From Girardia tigrina (Eukaryota): a stretch of DNA of 64,000 nucleotides. Where the stretch lies: the NCBI GenBank assembly GCA_001938485.1, contig MQRK01244371.1:1-64000 (forward strand), given 5' to 3'. The notes under the pieces were generated by a model. The model was not told the origin of the DNA and ran no database searches. It worked only from the letters and a program-made list of their open reading frames with translations. The position numbers and the translations under genes are program-made. Positions 63,501 to 64,000 of this stretch are shown here, in pieces (positions within the stretch are counted from its first letter, which is position 1; each line of letters opens with the position of its first letter).

Positions 63501-64000
63501 TAATAATTCGCTTGAGGATTATTCCGAAACCGAGAGTGTCAATCGGGAAATTGTTCCCGGGAAATCAAAATTCAATGAATTTTCTTTTAATCAAATCAAT
63601 CTCTTTTCGATTAATCAATTCAATCCGATTAATTGCTGTAGCAATTCTTGCAGTAAGAGTGAGTTGAAGAAACAGATTGTGTTGAAGCACAGAGACGATT
63701 CCTTGAACGATATTCCCTTAACTTGTGAGACGGTTGAGACCGGTCTTGAATTGAGAAAGAAACCGAACTTCAATATGAAATCCAATAAATACAATACAAA
63801 TAAATATATCTCATCTTCCTCTGAGATACAACATATCCCACATCAAGAAAATTTTATAAGTCGTATCTTTCTTCCGTATTACCAGCGGGTTATCCACAGT
63901 AAATTAGGATAAATACAAATTAACAAGTGATAGAACCAAAAATGTCTTCTTTTGCCAAATTATGCTTTGGTTTATATAATTATATTTATTATTTACTTAT

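Overview
This is very AT-rich eukaryotic (metazoan) DNA from a scaffolded assembly. It has six N-gaps (12243-12292, 14474-14643, 19473-20108, 28095-28176, 38773-38822, 60660-60714), most flanked by (TA)n. The composition, ~50-nt mini-introns and repeat spectrum suggest a free-living flatworm (planarian); that assignment is an inference. Most of the window is decayed, partly nested transposable elements: Ty3/Gypsy pieces and solo LTRs, several Tc1/mariner families, a pogo remnant, TTAA-flanked MITEs, an RTE-type LINE, Penelope-like remnants with minimal hammerhead ribozyme motifs, and a 5S-rRNA-headed element. One apparently intact host gene can be assembled by splicing: a GAB/DOS-type PH-domain adaptor on the minus strand (ATG 51744 to about 31373 or beyond) with a 13.4-kb TE-filled first intron. 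A frameshifted rotatin fragment lies at the right end. The least explained part is 52.9-57.7 kb (plus 60.7-61.1 kb). It contains GC-enriched blocks separated by ~50-nt GT-AG introns that splice into stop-free orphan ORFs on both strands, together with a diverged inverted repeat pair. All protein family calls come from motif recognition by eye, not from database searches.
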